NCBI GenBank assembly: GCA_964637115.1
Contig: CAZWVL010000001.1
Coordinates: 64,001 to 128,000, forward strand
Direction of reading: 5' to 3'
Origin: an uncultured Methanosarcinales archaeon
GTDB lineage: Archaea > Nanobdellota > Nanobdellia > Woesearchaeales > ARS49
DNA length: 64,000 nucleotides
A model generated the notes under the pieces. That model searched no databases. It was not told the origin of the DNA and saw nothing but the letters and a program-made list of their open reading frames with translations. Positions within the stretch are counted from its first letter, which is position 1; each line of letters starts with the position of its first letter. Below are positions 9,576 to 18,800 of the stretch, piece after piece. Position numbers and translations under genes: made by a program.

Positions 9576-11390
9576 ATGTCAAAAGAAAAAATAATCGGAA
9601 TTGACCTAGGAACATCAAACTCTGCAGCATCCGTATTGGAAGCAGGCAGGCCAAAAATAATTCCTTCAGCAGAAGGAGTATCAATGTACGGCAAAGCATT
9701 CCCGTCATTTGTAGCTTTTACAAAAGATGGACAGCTATTAGTAGGAGAGCCGGCAAGACGACAAGCAGTTTCTAACCCGCACGGTACTGTTTACGCTGCA
9801 AAAAGAAAGATGGGCACGAATTTCAAGTACCAGATTCACGGCAAAGAATACACGCCGCAGCAGATTTCTGCATTTATTTTACAGAAAATCAAAAAAGACA
9901 CGGAAGCGTTCTTAGGAGAGCCGGTCAAGAAAGCAGTCATTACAGTGCCAGCATACTTTGATGACAACCAAAGACAGGCAACAAAAGACGCGGGAACAAT
10001 CGCAGGACTGGAAGTTGTTAGAATTGTGAATGAGCCAACAGCAGCCGCGCTCGCATATGGCCTGGACAAAGCAGGCAAACAACAGAAAATTCTCGTCTTT
10101 GACCTTGGTGGAGGCACTTTAGACGTTACCATAATGGACTTCTCAGAAGGAGTGTTTGAAGTTGTTTCAACATCTGGAGACACGCAGCTGGGCGGAACAG
10201 ACATGGACAATTCCGTGATTAATTACATAATCAACGAATTCAAGAAAGAATCAGGCATAGACCTGAACGAAGACGCTGTAGCAATGCAGCGAATTAGGGA
10301 AGCGGCAGAAAAAGCGAAAATTGAACTCAGCACCACGCTTGAGACAGAAATCAACCTGCCATTCATAACAGCGACACAGGCAGGGCCAAAACACTTGCAA
10401 ATGAAATTCACCCGAGCAAAGCTCGATGAACTTGTTGACCCAATAGTCAAGCGTTGCAAGAAATCAGTTGACCAGGCGCACTCAGACTCAAAACTTGGAG
10501 TAAAAGACCTGGACAGAGTTGTTCTTGTTGGAGGACCAACAAGAATGCCAATCGTTCAAAAATACTTGGAACAATGGTTCGGCAATAAGGTAGAAAGAAG
10601 CATAGACCCAATGGAATGTGTAGCTATGGGCGCGGCAATCCAGGCAGGAGTGCTTGCAGGAGAAGTTAAGGATATATTGCTTTTGGACGTAACTCCACTT
10701 AGCCTTGGAATTGAGACACTTGGCGGCGTGTTTACCAAATTAATTGAACGAAACACGACCATTCCAGTAAAGAAAAGCCAGACATTCAGCACTGCAGCAG
10801 ACGATCAGTCAGCTGTTACTATTAGAATCTCACAAGGAGAACGACCAATGTTCGCAGACAACAAGCCCTTGGGACAATTCGACCTTGTTGGAATCCCGCC
10901 TGCACCGCGAGGAATACCGCAGATTGAAGTAGCGTTTGACATAGACGCGAACGGAATCCTGAATGTTTCTGCAAAAGACTTAGGCACTGGAAAAGAACAA
11001 AGCATGAGAATAACCGCTCCAAACAAGCTTGATGCTGCAGAAGTAGAGAAAATGAGAAAACAGGCAGAAGAGTTTGCAGAAGTTGACAAGAAAAAGAAAG
11101 AAGAAATAGAAACAATCAACCACGCAGACACGTTAGTCTACACTGCAGAAAAGCAGATGAAAGACTTTGAAGGCAAAGTAAGCGAAAAGGAAATAAAGGA
11201 CGTCAAGGATAAGGTAGATGAGCTGAAGAAATTGCTTGCAGAGTCACCACGCGACCCGGCAAAAATCAAGAAAAAGCTTGATGAGACAAATCACGCCTTG
11301 CACACAGCTGCAACTGCATTATATCAAAAGGCAGGCGCAAAAGGCAAAGCACGACCGGCAGAAGACGTGGTGGATACGGAAACCGTATAA
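9576..11390 (+). CDS. dnaK: Chaperone DnaK (Hsp70)
   Basis: [51 protein letters not shown]; lacks the N-domain insert of Gram-negative DnaK (archaeal/Gram-positive type). Confidence 0.98.
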   Translation: MSKEKIIGIDLGTSNSAASVLEAGRPKIIPSAEGVSMYGKAFPSFVAFTKDGQLLVGEPARRQAVSNPHGTVYAAKRKMGTNFKYQIHGKEYTPQQISAFILQKIKKDTEAFLGEPVKKAVITVPAYFDDNQRQATKDAGTIAGLEVVRIVNEPTAAALAYGLDKAGKQQKILVFDLGGGTLDVTIMDFSEGVFEVVSTSGDTQLGGTDMDNSVINYIINEFKKESGIDLNEDAVAMQRIREAAEKAKIELSTTLETEINLPFITATQAGPKHLQMKFTRAKLDELVDPIVKRCKKSVDQAHSDSKLGVKDLDRVVLVGGPTRMPIVQKYLEQWFGNKVERSIDPMECVAMGAAIQAGVLAGEVKDILLLDVTPLSLGIETLGGVFTKLIERNTTIPVKKSQTFSTAADDQSAVTIRISQGERPMFADNKPLGQFDLVGIPPAPRGIPQIEVAFDIDANGILNVSAKDLGTGKEQSMRITAPNKLDAAEVEKMRKQAEEFAEVDKKKKEEIETINHADTLVYTAEKQMKDFEGKVSEKEIKDVKDKVDELKKLLAESPRDPAKIKKKLDETNHALHTAATALYQKAGAKGKARPAEDVVDTETV

Positions 11391-11549
11391 ATGGACCACA
11401 GAATAATCGGTTATGTCGCTTTAGGACTATTGGTAATCTACTTGGCACTCCGCTTTATGGAGCAGTACGCATTCAAAAAAATAGTCCGCGCAGAAGTTGA
11501 GCACGTGCTCAACAGCGACGAGCACAAAGTCAAGGGTCGGTATGGATGA
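11391..11549 (+). CDS. 52-aa single-TM microprotein between dnaK and dnaJ (not in the ORF track)
   Basis: [52 protein letters not shown]; ATG directly follows the dnaK TAA and its TGA overlaps the dnaJ ATG (ATGA). Confidence 0.75.
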   Translation: MDHRIIGYVALGLLVIYLALRFMEQYAFKKIVRAEVEHVLNSDEHKVKGRYG

Positions 11550-12610
11550 GCAAGGACTATTACAAAATTCTTGGTGTAGAAAAAGGGGCGTCAATTGAAG
11601 AAATTAAGTCTGCTTACAAAAAATTAGCCAAGAAGTATCATCCTGACATCAATAAAGAAGCAAGTGCTGGAGATAAGTTCAAGGAAATAAATGAAGCAGC
11701 AGCAGTTCTAGGAGATCCTGACAAAAGGGCACAATACGACCAGTTCGGCACGGCAGGATTTAATAGCCAACAGTTCTCAGGCTTTGATTTCAGAGATTTT
11801 GCTGGCAATATGAACTTTGAAGACATATTTGAAAATTTATTCTCAGGATTTGGATTCAGAGGCGGCAGAAGAGGAAAGCCAGGCAGAGACTTAGTAGCAG
11901 AAGTTGATGTTAAACTTGAAGAAGTAGCCAAAGGCACAACTCGCGAGATAGAAATGCAGCGAATGATACAATGTGAGAAGTGCGACGGCAAAGGCGGCAG
12001 CGATTTTGTTCAATGCAGCACCTGCCAAGGGCAGGGAATGGTAAGACACGCCAGAAGAACACCATTCGGCGTGTTCGCAACAACATCTGCATGCAATAAA
12101 TGCAAAGGAACAGGAGAAATACCTGAAAAAGTCTGCAAAGAATGCGACGGAGAAGGAAGAATCGTAAGCAATGAACCTGTAAAAGTCAAGATTCCAGCAG
12201 GAATACACGACGGAATGCGTTTAAGAGTAGGAGGAGCAGGAGAAGCAGGCGCAGAGGGAGCGCAAGCAGGAGACTTGTACGTTATGGTGCACGTTCTTGA
12301 AGACAAAAGATTTGTCAGAGAAGAAAACGATTTAATTGCAGAACAACCAATAAGCTTTACCACTGCCTGTACGGGCGGCGAAATAATAGTAGAAACACTT
12401 GAAGGCAAGAAAAAAATAGAAATAAAGCCAGGAACACAAAACAATTCAGAAAAAAGATTAGAAGGGGATGGGCTGCCAGACTTAAGAGGCGGACACGGAG
12501 ACTTCGTCATCAAACTATCAGTAGAAGTTCCAAAAAAGATAAGCAAAAAACAGAAAGAATTACTGGAAGAGTTTGAAAAAGAAGGCAAGAAGAAATGGGG
12601 ATTGTTCTAA
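11546..12610 (+). CDS. dnaJ: Chaperone DnaJ
   Basis: J-domain KDYYKILGV...YHPD, G/F region, four CxxCxGxG zinc repeats. Confidence 0.98.
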   Translation: MSKDYYKILGVEKGASIEEIKSAYKKLAKKYHPDINKEASAGDKFKEINEAAAVLGDPDKRAQYDQFGTAGFNSQQFSGFDFRDFAGNMNFEDIFENLFSGFGFRGGRRGKPGRDLVAEVDVKLEEVAKGTTREIEMQRMIQCEKCDGKGGSDFVQCSTCQGQGMVRHARRTPFGVFATTSACNKCKGTGEIPEKVCKECDGEGRIVSNEPVKVKIPAGIHDGMRLRVGGAGEAGAEGAQAGDLYVMVHVLEDKRFVREENDLIAEQPISFTTACTGGEIIVETLEGKKKIEIKPGTQNNSEKRLEGDGLPDLRGGHGDFVIKLSVEVPKKISKKQKELLEEFEKEGKKKWGLF

Positions 12611-13414
12611 ATGAAAGTTGAGAGCATTTTCGATAAAGGATCAGGCAAAATAAATGAAGACGCACTAGTGCTGAATGCTCCTGTCTTTGGCGTTTTTGAT
12701 GGCGCCACAAGCCTTGTTTCCTACGACGAAGATGGAAAAACCGGTGCGTATCTAGCGGCACATATCGCGTGTGAAGTATTTACGAATACTAAAAAACCAC
12801 TTCTAGACTTGGCTCACGATGCAAACAAAAAACTACTGGGGGAAATGGAGAGCAAAAACATCGACGTATCCAAAAAAGAAAATCTCTGGGGCACCACCGC
12901 ATCCGTCATCAGACTTGGCAAGAATCAGTTTGAGTATTTGCTGATTGGCGACAGCGCGATACTTATCATCTATACAGACAACTCGTACAAACTTGCCGTA
13001 GACTATAATGACCATGATATGGAACTGCTAACAAAGTGGAAAAAATTTGCAGATATGAAGACAAAAAACATTCTGCACGTTCTTGATTCTGAATGCATTG
13101 AATTGAGAAAAATAAGCAACGTTTCATATGGTGTTATGAATGGCGAGAAAGAAGCCGTTAAATTTCTTCACACTGGTACAGAAAGCCTCCATAATGTCAA
13201 ACACGTACTCCTTTTCACCGACGGGCTACTTATTCCAAAAGAAAATCCGCAGAATGCTCCTCAATTTGATGCTTTGGTGAAGCTATATTTGGAAGGTGGA
13301 CTCGCTAAAGTTAAAAATCAAGTCCGTGAATTGGAGAACAATGACCCGAACTGCTGGAAATACCCACGTTTCAAGCAGCATGACGATATAGCTGCTATTG
13401 CAATTTCGCTGTAA
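12611..13414 (+). CDS. PP2C-family (PPM) phosphatase domain protein
   Basis: NEDA, GVFDGAT, GTT, IGDS, LLFTDG, HDDIAAI metal-binding motifs. Confidence 0.8.
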   Translation: MKVESIFDKGSGKINEDALVLNAPVFGVFDGATSLVSYDEDGKTGAYLAAHIACEVFTNTKKPLLDLAHDANKKLLGEMESKNIDVSKKENLWGTTASVIRLGKNQFEYLLIGDSAILIIYTDNSYKLAVDYNDHDMELLTKWKKFADMKTKNILHVLDSECIELRKISNVSYGVMNGEKEAVKFLHTGTESLHNVKHVLLFTDGLLIPKENPQNAPQFDALVKLYLEGGLAKVKNQVRELENNDPNCWKYPRFKQHDDIAAIAISL

Positions 13415-13432
13415 GTTTAACGAGGTGAGAAA

Positions 13433-13576
13433 ATGGGAAAAGATGAAATCAGACATTGCAAATGTGGGGCGAAGATCAAGGTGTACACGAGTTCAGAGGC
13501 GCAGAATGAACTTTGTTCCACGTGCCTTGAGCCTTGGGTAAAGCAGATTTTGCAACTAGTTCCAAAAGTAATTTGA
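13433..13576 (+). CDS. 47-aa putative zinc-ribbon microprotein (not in the ORF track)
   Basis: MGKDEIRHCKCGAKIKVYTSSEAQNELCSTCLEPWVKQILQLVPKVI (CxC...CxxC); SD-like gaggtga 5 nt upstream. Confidence 0.65.
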   Translation: MGKDEIRHCKCGAKIKVYTSSEAQNELCSTCLEPWVKQILQLVPKVI

Positions 13577-13592
13577 AAAAAAGCAAAAAGAA
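13577..13592 (-). terminator. Probable oligo-T terminator for the minus-strand sigma-like gene
   Basis: A-rich run on + strand (aaaaaagcaaaaag) gives T-runs on the minus strand just past the stop at 13605. Confidence 0.35.
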
Positions 13593-13604
13593 GTGAGGGT
13601 TGTT

Positions 13605-14177
13605 TTAAGCACTCGCTAATTGCTCACGCAGTTTCTTGTACGCTCGACGTTCGATGGTCTTCACCGTGCCTTCTGGGAGTTTCAGCATTTTGCCAATGGT
13701 ACGCAAAGTCCGCGGCTCCTTTCCATACAAGCCGTGATGGAACGTGATGACAAACCGTTCATGCAATGGCAACACCTGCACTGATTTGTACAGTTGCGTG
13801 TTAAATGTGCGCTCTTCCTTTTTCACTATCTCATCCAGAGGTGTACTGTTGTATGCAGGATCCTGAGAGTCTGGATCAAATGGACGGAAATGCTGTGCGC
13901 GCCGCCTTTCCATTTTCGCAATATCCATAATTTTGTTGCTAATACACGTGCAGGCATATGTTGAAAAACTTGCTTTTTCCGGATCATGGCGCCTCGCCAC
14001 CTTCCATAACTTAATGGCAGCTTCCTGCGCCGCGTCCTCACGCAGATATGGTTTGCACCGTTTTTTCGCCATAGCATGCGTAAGATTAAGATTTTTAAGA
14101 ACTAATTCTTCATAAACAGCTTCATTGCCTTCCTTCACCTGAGCTGCCGCATCATATTTACCCGCGTCCCCACTCAT
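13605..14177 (-). CDS. Small sigma70-family protein (regions 2 and 4 only)
   Basis: Region 2: EDAAQEAAIKLWKVARRHDPEKASFSTYACTCISNKIMD; region 4: LPLHERFVITFHHGL...RTLRTIGKMLKLPEGTVKTIERRAYKKLR. Confidence 0.85.
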   Translation of the reverse strand: MSGDAGKYDAAAQVKEGNEAVYEELVLKNLNLTHAMAKKRCKPYLREDAAQEAAIKLWKVARRHDPEKASFSTYACTCISNKIMDIAKMERRRAQHFRPFDPDSQDPAYNSTPLDEIVKKEERTFNTQLYKSVQVLPLHERFVITFHHGLYGKEPRTLRTIGKMLKLPEGTVKTIERRAYKKLREQLASA

Positions 14178-14288
14178 GCAACAATGAAAGAGAAAACTGT
14201 TTAAAAGAATATCTGTGCTTCAGAAACGCTGCCCGACAAAGACTTCAAATCCACAAAGCTTAAAAGGACATTTTAGAGAATTTGAACT

Positions 14289-14939
14289 ATGGTCAACGTA
14301 TACTTGCACGGTCCAAAATGGTTTTTCGGGGTGGATGCCAGTTTGGTTGCATTTGCAGCCCTGATAGCCATTTGCGTTGCATTTGCCTCATTAAGACTAT
14401 ATAGAATGACAAAGGAGCGCAAGTACGCATTCTTCACGGCAAGCTTTGTTCTATTAACATTAGGTTTTCTTTCACGGGCGGTTGCTGACATTCTTCTAGA
14501 AGAAATTTTCATGGGCGTGCCAGCAAACATGGCAGGCCTGGTGTTCTTTTATGGCTACGTTTTGCACATTTTACTTGCACTGACTGCATACTTGTTGCTG
14601 ATAATAATTACTTATAAAATAACCGACAAGAGAATAATTGCACTGTTGTTTTTAGTGCTTGTGCCGAGCATGCTTTTGAGCGGCAGCTACTATCTCAGCT
14701 TTTACGGACTAAGCACAATATTCCTTGCATTCATCGCAGCAGCATATTACCAAAACTACAAGAAAGTATGCTCTGCGGCAAGCTGTCTAGTCTTCATATC
14801 TTTTGTTCTGCTTGCGCTTGCACAAGTACAATTCCTGCTCGAAGCAATAAAAGTCACTTTTTATGTTTCAGGGCATATAACCCAGGCAGTTGGATTCCTG
14901 CTAATCCTGGCTGCGCTGATTAAAACATTACTCAAATGA
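14289..14939 (+). CDS. Polytopic (about 7 TM) membrane protein, possible sensor domain
   Basis: Seven hydrophobic segments, no soluble catalytic domain; ATGA overlap with the downstream wHTH gene. Confidence 0.75.
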   Translation: MVNVYLHGPKWFFGVDASLVAFAALIAICVAFASLRLYRMTKERKYAFFTASFVLLTLGFLSRAVADILLEEIFMGVPANMAGLVFFYGYVLHILLALTAYLLLIIITYKITDKRIIALLFLVLVPSMLLSGSYYLSFYGLSTIFLAFIAAAYYQNYKKVCSAASCLVFISFVLLALAQVQFLLEAIKVTFYVSGHITQAVGFLLILAALIKTLLK

Positions 14940-15202
14940 AACGCACTAAAATAGACATTATCTACGACATGCTTCGGGCAATCGAAGACAAAGGAGGAAA
15001 GATAATTCCCACCCATTTACTCTACAAGTCAAACCTTTCTCACCAGAGAATGAAACTGTATCTGGAAGAATTAAAACAGAAACAAATGATTGCGGAAACG
15101 CACGTTAAGGATAAACTGTTCTATGAAATAACAGATGAAGGAAGAAAGTTCCTGCAAAACTTCAAACAGATGAAGCAGTTCACGGAAGCGTTTGGACTGT
15201 AG
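14936..15202 (+). CDS. Archaeal winged-helix transcriptional regulator (HTH_45/DUF4364-like)
   Basis: MKRTKIDIIYDML...IPTHLLYKSNLS...YLEEL...YEITDEGRKFL is typical of small archaeal wHTH proteins. Confidence 0.85.
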   Translation: MKRTKIDIIYDMLRAIEDKGGKIIPTHLLYKSNLSHQRMKLYLEELKQKQMIAETHVKDKLFYEITDEGRKFLQNFKQMKQFTEAFGL

Positions 15203-15734
15203 GCTGAACTGGAGCGTATATTTGGCCGTTCCACAAATATCCTGTGGCTTTTTCTTTTACAACTTGAGGAAAGTCCAAAAACTCGTGGTAATGTGTAATG
15301 TTTTTGCTCAGTCCAGAAATGTAAGCAGTGCTCCTCGCCTGTTGCTTTTCAGTATTTCGGACTAACGCAACTGCAAGAAGCAGCGAATATCTATCTTCTT
15401 CAGATATCTCTTTTTTCCAAACGAGATCCATTGTCTTCCTGCGCAGAGCTTTATGATCCTTGCGACCGATACCTGTGGTGAAATCTGCAAAGGCGTTCTG
15501 AATTATATCTGTAATTCCTCCAGAATAAGGGTTTGGTGAGCCTAACCATTGATACATGTGCTGCGGAATGCGCCTGTTGGGAACACTCTCAATAACTTCG
15601 ACAAATGTTTCAAATCCGTTGTAATAAAGATTGGAGATTTTCTGGCCCGCAAAAGGAGCAAACAACGCAGACATGTCAAAGACAACTAATTCATGCGCTT
15701 TACAGATTCCTTCCAGCCCAAAATCACTCCCCAT
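15180..15734 (-). CDS. Hypothetical protein (184 aa)
   Basis: ORF filling the gap, convergent 23-nt overlap with the wHTH gene; no motif recognised. Confidence 0.55.
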   Translation of the reverse strand: MGSDFGLEGICKAHELVVFDMSALFAPFAGQKISNLYYNGFETFVEVIESVPNRRIPQHMYQWLGSPNPYSGGITDIIQNAFADFTTGIGRKDHKALRRKTMDLVWKKEISEEDRYSLLLAVALVRNTEKQQARSTAYISGLSKNITHYHEFLDFPQVVKEKATGYLWNGQIYAPVQPTVQTLP

Positions 15735-15879
15735 CCCACATGAGAAAAAGCATGCCTTTAAAAATTTTAGCGACTTGCTTTAAAAAGAGAATGATTTATA
15801 AATATGGCCTGCATTATATACATAACTGATACGGGTGGTGCAGGTTTATCCGTGATTTCCATCCGTACCTAGGTATACA

Positions 15880-18800
15880 TTGGAGGTCGGTTTGACGAAA
15901 CTTAACGTTCCATATATACCAAAAAAAGGGGGGCTTGGGGTCCTTGCGCTCTTTGGAATTCTATTTATTACACTGATTTTTGCGTTTTACTTCCGGCCAG
16001 CAGACGAAATTGTTGCAAAACCTACAATTGCTGAACAAACAATAAATGAAGCAGTAACGCAGCTGGCGGACAATGAAGTTGTAATACCAGTGCCAAAAGT
16101 TACAGGCGTTGTTTCACTTGATGACCCGAGACCCAAAATTGATCCACAACTGGTCAAGGAATTAAAAGAACTCAAACGACAGAAAAAACACAAAAGAGTC
16201 ACGGTTCTAGTTGAATTAAAAGATGAACGAGCGCTTGAGGCAATCAGGCAAGCAGGCGGAATAGTACAACAAAATTTTGATATTGGAAATATTGCAGTTG
16301 TAGAAGTGCAATCTGACAATGTAGAAAAAATTTCAGAAGCAACAGGAGTTGAACAAGTAGCATCTGAAAAAGAATACGTTGCATTGTTAGCAGACAGAAT
16401 CCCTGCGTTTTCTATCGATACTGCGGCCTGGGAGAATAATATAACTGGCAAAGGAGTCAAGATTGCGATATTAGATACGGGAGTTGGGCCACACAACAAG
16501 ATTACAGTTGCTGAAGGTGCATCTTTTGTTGACGGAGAAGATACAACAGACCAAAACGGACACGGCACGCACGTGGCAGGCATTGCTTATGGTGTTGCGA
16601 AAGATTCAGCAATTTACAATGCAAAAGTCTTGAACAAAGCAGGAGCAGGAACAACATCGCAAATAATTGCCGGAATTAATTGGGCAGTTGAAAACAATGT
16701 CGACATAATTTCAATGAGTTTCGGAGGAATGTTCACGGAGCTTGACGGGCCACTAGCGTCGGCTGTTAAGGAAGCAATTAACAATGGAGTTATTTTTGTT
16801 GTAGCATCTGGAAACTGCAAAACAGGCTGCGGCGGATTCTACGGAGTAACAACACCAGGAAATGTAAAAGAAGTCATAACCATAGGAGCGGTTGATAACA
16901 ATAATGTTGTTGCGAGCTTTAGTTCAGGAGATACGTTTGGCGAGTACATCAAGCCGGATGTTACTGCTCCCGGAATTGACATTACTTCTACATGGCTGAA
17001 CAACGGCGAGAAAACATCAAGCGGAACGTCAATGAGCACGCCGTTTGTTGCAGGTGTAGCTGCTTTACTGCTGGAGAAAGAACCTGGATTAACGAACGAG
17101 CAGGTGAAGCAGAAGCTGGAAGCGACGGCAACGGATGTAGGGGAAACAGGTAAAGATGTGCTGTATGGACGCGGAATAATCAGCGTCGCCAGCATTCTGT
17201 CCTCAAATTACAGCACCCCAGAAACTCCTCCTCAGATGGATGATACTGATCTTCCACCAAGTGACCTATCCAAATACACTTTGCATGAAATAACAGGAGG
17301 CGCATCACCAGAATACATAACGACTGATTGCCCGGAAAGCCTCGCATACTCCACAGAATTGAATCTATCACGTGAAGAATTTTACATGGCATACGAGTAT
17401 TGCATACTTCAGATCGAGAACAAGGTTCCTGAGTTACCTACTCCAGATCACTATCAAAATATCACAGATACGAGTGAGTATATCAGACAAGCTCCAAGAA
17501 TATATTTTGAAAACTGGCAATCGTACATTCCCGCCGGAGATGTTAACGAAACGCTCATACAAGAGTTAAAGCTAAAAGTCCGAGATCTTCAATCCTTTGA
17601 TTTCAAAACACTGGCAAACCCAGAACCTCTGTTTGATACCCAAAACCACATAGAAGTGGATTATGATGATAATTATAACGTGTTCCTGGGGAGTAATGAT
17701 GATGGAGTAGTGTGGGGAGGTTCAACGCTTTCGGGTCGCTTGCAGGAAGGAAGCAGCAGTCCAACTAATGCTCAAGTAATTTGTTACGATTGGTGTTCTG
17801 AATTTGATTCAGCATGGGATCATTGTTTCTCCACGAGCTCGACGGGCGCAAGCAGATCCGCTGATTTTTCAGCCTGCAGAGCAAGAAACTCAATCATCAA
17901 TTCAGTTTGCTCTGCAAACAATTGCGCGATGGGTCAAGCAGAAGGAGAGCACTCAATAGGCACAGGAAGTTCCGGCTCTCGTGAAAAATGCACAGTACGC
18001 TCATTTTATGTTACTGGTTGTTCCTCCGCATACACCTTAAGTGGCACTTTCAGTGCCACACATTACACGATTTCACCACGACAATTCTGGTGTGCGAATA
18101 GCGACACGGCATATGATGATGTGGGAAGATTTGGGAACAATCTTGAATGGATACTAATGCACACAATCTCCTGTGGAACAGGAAATAAGTGTGACGCAAC
18201 CATAGATGCTGACAATTCAGACTTTGGAACATCGGGAACAAGCGTGCCTAGCTCTCTTTGCAGGATAGACAATGGGCAATCCGGCTGTTCTCAGAACAGC
18301 CAATGCCTTGCAGGATCGCATTGTACGAGTAGCCATTGTTGCCTGAACGGACAAGAATGGGACGGTACGGGGTGCAGCATTCCAGGTACATGCACAGCTG
18401 GATTCAACGGCAATAAGCGATGCAGCGGCAATACACCACAATGGCAATATCAAAATTCTGACTGCTCGACAACCTGGCAAAACCAAGCGGCTTGCTCAAC
18501 AGGAACAACCTGCCAAAATGGAGATTGCGTGTCCACATGTAACAGTAATGGTCTCTGTGAATCTGGAGAAACCAAGCCTGGGTGTCCAAGTGATTGTAAC
18601 AAATCCATAGGTGCTATTTGCACTGCAAACAACCAGTGCAGTACGAACTTCTGCGATGGCAACACAGGCACGTGTCAAGCACCAACTACCTGCACTGATG
18701 GAGATCAAGATGGTTACGGAAATCCAGGAAGCGCAACGTGCTCAGCTGGGTCCACCTTGCTAGATTGCGATGACATTGATCCATTCATAAATCCTGGTGC

